Origin: Planktothrix sp. GU0601_MAG3
GTDB lineage: Bacteria > Cyanobacteriota > Cyanobacteriia > Cyanobacteriales > Microcoleaceae
Length of the DNA: 64,000 bases
Assembly: GCA_035193785.1 (NCBI GenBank)
Contig: CP136572.1
Coordinates: forward strand, 1,940,578 to 2,004,577
Direction: 5' to 3'
The translations under genes were made by a program, and so were the position numbers. Of this stretch, positions 60,277 to 64,000 are shown piece after piece; position 1 is the stretch's first letter, and the number at the start of each line of letters is the position of its first letter. The notes under the pieces were generated by a model, which saw only the letters and a list, made by a program, of their open reading frames with translations, was not told the DNA's origin and did not search any database.

Positions 60277-60783
60277 ATGCCAGTCAGGATTATATTAAGA
60301 GTTATTTTATTAAGAACTATTCGGCTTTTAATCTCTATTACTGTGGAAGCCTGGATTTTTCAAAAAAGTTTCAATATCTCCCCAAAATTGAGTGTACAAT
60401 ATGCAATGGCCCTAAATTTGTTGGCAAGTGCCTGTGAATGGATGATTGTTTTAAATGCAGAAGCAATATTACCATTGGAAACTCGAAAACAATTAATTGA
60501 TTATTTGTTGGTAGAACAGCTTGATACAACCTCCTTTGTGATTTTTTTATTGACGGTTTTTAATTTTACTTTCCTACTATTAATTAAATGGGTAGGCTTG
60601 GAAACCCTCCGATTTTTATTGATTAAAGACTACACTCAAATCAGTAAAGTATTTTCAGGAAATTCAGAAAATCAAATTAAAATATCCGAACAATACAAAG
60701 ATTTTAGAGTAATATTAATAGCACATATTTTAAGTTATTTTGTGTTCTTGGGATTGGTATTTACATTATTAATTTTCAAATAA
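60277..60783 (+). CDS. fraC: Filament integrity protein FraC
   Basis: Membrane protein LLISITVEAWIF...SPKLSVQYAMALNLL; first gene of a fraC-fraD-fraE arrangement. Confidence 0.7.
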   Translation: MPVRIILRVILLRTIRLLISITVEAWIFQKSFNISPKLSVQYAMALNLLASACEWMIVLNAEAILPLETRKQLIDYLLVEQLDTTSFVIFLLTVFNFTFLLLIKWVGLETLRFLLIKDYTQISKVFSGNSENQIKISEQYKDFRVILIAHILSYFVFLGLVFTLLIFK

Positions 60784-60784
60784 A

Positions 60785-61360
60785 ATGAAAAAACTAATTG
60801 ATGTTTTAAATATTATCAAACCCTCTCATCCCCTAGAATGGAGAACGTTTATATTGATCAGTATTGCCATTTGGACGGGATCTGTTTTTGTATCTAATAA
60901 TGAAGATACTAGGAATTTTTTGGCACTTTTAAGTTTATTAATACTAACGATTGCTATTAGTATCCGAACCAATAAACCTCCGTTTATAATTGGGAGAATT
61001 TCCCTAAGTCCCTGGATTACTTCTGGCTTAATATGTCTAATTATATATCAAAATACAGAAATAAATCAACCTAATTTTGCCTTAAAATCTTGGCCAATCA
61101 TCGCGGCTTGTTTAATCTTTATCCTGGAATTTATTCAAGATAAATTTAAAATCCAGTCTCCCCCGCCCTTGGTTCGTATGGGGTTTATTATTATTTTCCT
61201 AATTCACATTAATATTTACTGTTGGATAGAATTTTCCTTGCGCGTGGAAAATTGGGTACAAAAGGTTCCCGATATTCTTCCTACACCGGAGACTTTGCAG
61301 CCGGATTCTGCTAAAATTAACCCAGAGTTTCAATCCTATTTATTTCTGGGAATGAAATAG
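60785..61360 (+). CDS. fraD: Septal junction protein FraD-like (DUF5357)
   Basis: WRTFILISI, LSPWITSGLIC, WPIIAA, IYCWIEF; lies between fraC and fraE. Confidence 0.68.
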   Translation: MKKLIDVLNIIKPSHPLEWRTFILISIAIWTGSVFVSNNEDTRNFLALLSLLILTIAISIRTNKPPFIIGRISLSPWITSGLICLIIYQNTEINQPNFALKSWPIIAACLIFILEFIQDKFKIQSPPPLVRMGFIIIFLIHINIYCWIEFSLRVENWVQKVPDILPTPETLQPDSAKINPEFQSYLFLGMK

Positions 61361-61420
61361 GAATAGGGATATTGCTTATTTTATGTCAAACCTTATAACA
61401 ATAATAATTGGGAAATCAAT

Positions 61421-62195
61421 ATGAATTTCAACCGAATTTTTACCATTGCCAGTAACGTTTTTTTAGAAGTAGTTCGCGACCGCATTCTTTATATTATTGG
61501 TCTTTTCGCCTTATTTTTGATAGGTTCCATTCGTTTACTTCCTGAAGTTTCCGCCGGGTTAGAAAACAAAATAATCCTAGATTTTGGCATCGCCATGATT
61601 AGTTTATTTGGCCTACTAATTACAGTTTTTGTGAGTGCTAATTTGCTTAACAAAGAAATTGATAAAAAAACGGTTTATCTCCTGGTTTCTAAACCCGTCA
61701 GTCCGGCGGAATTAATTATCGGAAAACACTTTGGTATCTCGGCTTTTATTGCAGTTTTAATCTTGGTGATGACCCTGCTATTTTTTGGAATTCTTAGTTT
61801 CAATAAAATTTCCTACCCCTCCACCCCTCTCGGTATTGCTTTTATATTTATGTGGCTACAACTCTCTTTAGTGGCGGCGGTTGGTATTTTATTAGGAGTC
61901 TTTACCAGTTTCCCTACTCGCAAGTTTATTAACCCTGGGAGTTTATGCAATGGGAAGTTTAAGTCGTGACTTACTCGCCCTAGGAAAAATTAGCGAAAAC
62001 CCCGCCTTAGAACAAATGATGAAAGCCACCTACATGATCTTACCCGATTTAGCGAGATTGGATTTAAAAAATGAAGCCGTTTATGGTTACTTACCCCCAT
62101 CTTCAGTGTTAACGACTAATGGAATTTATGCTATCCTTTATATGGTTCTTCTATTATCCCTGTCCATTACGATTTTTTGGCAGAGAGAATTTTAG
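61421..62195 (+). CDS. fraE: ABC-type permease FraE (frameshift at 61908)
   Basis: IASNVFLEVVRDRILY, KEIDKKTVY, corrected GVFTSSLLA, LPDLARLDLKNEAVYG. Confidence 0.78.
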
Positions 62196-62226
62196 TTAAA
62201 TTAGAGAATTAGGTTTAATTTCAACC

Positions 62227-63051
62227 ATGATAGCCCGAGAAAAACTACAACAACTTCAAGCCCTATTTCAAGAAATGGAACGGGCATTAATCGCTTATTC
62301 TGGAGGAATAGATAGCACTTTGGTGGCTAAAATTGCTTATGATGTATTAGGAGAACAATCTTTAGCCGTAACCGCCGTTTCTCCCTCCCTATTACCCGAA
62401 GACTTAGAAGATGCTCGCATTCAAGCCGCCGAAATTGGGATTCAACACCAAGAAATTCAAACCCAAGAAATGGCTAATTCTAATTATACATCAAACCCAA
62501 TTAATCGTTGCTATTTTTGCAAAAGTGAACTCCATGATAGCCTCAAACCCCTGGCTCAAAGCTGGGGTTATCCCTATATTGTTGATGGCGTGAATAGTGA
62601 TGATTTACGCGACTATCGCCCAGGAATTCAAGCGGCAAAAGAACGAGGAGTTCGTTCACCTTTAGCGGAATTAGGGATTAGCAAAACTGAAGTCAGAGAA
62701 ATTTCTAAATATCTCGGTTTAAAAGCTTGGGATAAACCCGCTCAACCCTGTTTAAGCTCCAGGTTTCCCTATGGAGAAGAAATTACAATTTCTAAATTAC
62801 AACGGGTGGGTAGAGCGGAAGTATATTTGAGAAAATTAGGCTGGAAAAATCTGCGAGTTCGTTCCGAGGGAGATACCGCCCGCATCGAATTATCCCCAGA
62901 GGAAATTAAAGACTTTGTATTGATGATTGAACTTCCCAAATTAGTACAATCTTTCCAAGAATTTGGGTTTATTTATGTTACTTTAGACTTGGAGGGATAT
63001 CGAAGCGGAAAACTCAATCAAGTCTTGCCTTCAGAATTAATTAGTACCTAA
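62227..63051 (+). CDS. larE: ATP-dependent sacrificial sulfur transferase LarE family
   Basis: AYSGGIDS PP-loop, RCYFCK, DYRPG, PCLSSRFPYG. Confidence 0.88.
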   Translation: MIAREKLQQLQALFQEMERALIAYSGGIDSTLVAKIAYDVLGEQSLAVTAVSPSLLPEDLEDARIQAAEIGIQHQEIQTQEMANSNYTSNPINRCYFCKSELHDSLKPLAQSWGYPYIVDGVNSDDLRDYRPGIQAAKERGVRSPLAELGISKTEVREISKYLGLKAWDKPAQPCLSSRFPYGEEITISKLQRVGRAEVYLRKLGWKNLRVRSEGDTARIELSPEEIKDFVLMIELPKLVQSFQEFGFIYVTLDLEGYRSGKLNQVLPSELIST

Positions 63052-63174
63052 ATACCCTCTACTTTTGTGAACCATAAACCCCAATTATTAACCCGATAAA
63101 AGAGGTAAAATGATAGAGCATTGTGTGATTCAGATTGTCAAATCTCCATTCATTGGAGATTAGGAGTGAAAAAT

Positions 63175-64000
63175 ATGGATATGGCCAATAGTTTCAACAA
63201 AAACATCGGAGATAAAAAGCATTTATTGAGTCAATTTAAACTCAGAACTCAGATGCTTTTTGGTTATGCAATTCCCGTTTTTATGTTTGCGGGTTCTACC
63301 TATATTGTTTATAGTAATGCCAATAAGGTATTTGAGGCATTTAATCAGGTAGAAAATGTCCAAAAAAGTATTATTGAAGTGGATAAAATGGCATTAGCGG
63401 GGAGTAATATGGTCGCCAATAGTCGGGGTTATATTATTTCTGAAGAATCGCAATTTTTAGAGTTATATCAACAAAGTTGGCAGAGTTTCCAGGAAGCTAG
63501 TAATACTCTGGATAATACGATTACTGTTCTCGAACAAAGACAACGATTTGAACAAATGAAAGAAATTGCAAAAAACTATAATCAATATCAAAATCAGTTA
63601 GCTAGTTTGTTGGGACAGGGAAAGAGAAAAGAAGCTTTAGAGCTTTTTAAAACTGGTATAGGTAGTAAACTTCTTTTAGATTTTTTAACCCTTAATTCTG
63701 ACTTTAACAAGACAGAAATCACAAGACTGAATACAGAAAATCTTCAAGCTAGAAACACGCTACAAAATGCAATAAACTTATTGGTTTTGGGTTCCATTGT
63801 TTCCGCGTTAACCGCTTTTATTATTGCTTGGTTAATTTCTTCCTTAGTGAGCCGTAAAATTACTCAAGCCATTGATGCCATTGATAATTCTTCCTTAGAA
63901 ATTAATATTGCCGTTGACCAACAGGAAAAAATCACCAGCAGTCAAGCGAGTTCGGTGAATGAAACGACTCGCACGATGGATGAATTAGAATTTTCGGCAA
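63175..64000 (+). CDS. Methyl-accepting chemotaxis protein with CHASE3-like sensor (partial)
   Basis: TM MLFGYAIPVFMF, SRGYIISEESQFLELY, second TM, then QQEKITSSQASSVNETTRTMDEL; open to window end. Confidence 0.8.
   Translation, partial: MDMANSFNKNIGDKKHLLSQFKLRTQMLFGYAIPVFMFAGSTYIVYSNANKVFEAFNQVENVQKSIIEVDKMALAGSNMVANSRGYIISEESQFLELYQQSWQSFQEASNTLDNTITVLEQRQRFEQMKEIAKNYNQYQNQLASLLGQGKRKEALELFKTGIGSKLLLDFLTLNSDFNKTEITRLNTENLQARNTLQNAINLLVLGSIVSALTAFIIAWLISSLVSRKITQAIDAIDNSSLEINIAVDQQEKITSSQASSVNETTRTMDELEFSA

Noticed and set aside
14251..62195. Mass pseudogenisation or programmed frameshifting of apcB, psbO, trpF, htpG, clpB, argC and others
   Set aside because: These are core genes with no other decay, and all breaks are the same +1 at GAAC/GTTC, which is better explained as a systematic sequencing artefact.

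Overview
This is a chromosomal window from a filamentous, non-heterocystous cyanobacterium. A Planktothrix/Oscillatoriales-like host is inferred from HIP1 GCGATCGC sites, apcABC, psbO, psaK, fraCDE, hps genes and GTAG-type REP repeats. Left to right it holds: a >3,400-aa DUF4347/Calx-beta/LamG/FG-GAP/PA14 surface protein running off the left edge; a small accessory patch (EF-hand remnant, DNA-methyltransferase remnant, two proteobacterial-like cold-shock genes); apcABC, psaK, trpF, psbO and sigF; an hpsA-D pseudopilin cluster; rpmB and htpG; a sulfotransferase/glycosyltransferase (hpsE) cluster; clpB, ybeY, dgkA and trpG; two fasciclins; tandem REP arrays; argC; an orphan m6A methyltransferase flanked by a duplicated SDR 5' end; a pseudo-caspase; msrA; a REC-GGDEF-EAL protein; fraCDE; larE; and an MCP. 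The most striking signal is the frameshift pattern. Of 26 frameshifts resolved in otherwise intact genes, 25 are a single extra base converting GAAC/GTTC to GAAAC/GTTTC. This looks like a motif-specific sequencing miscall caused by a DNA modification, best matching Dnd-type phosphorothioation, rather than real pseudogenes. No CRISPR array, tRNA or rRNA was seen.
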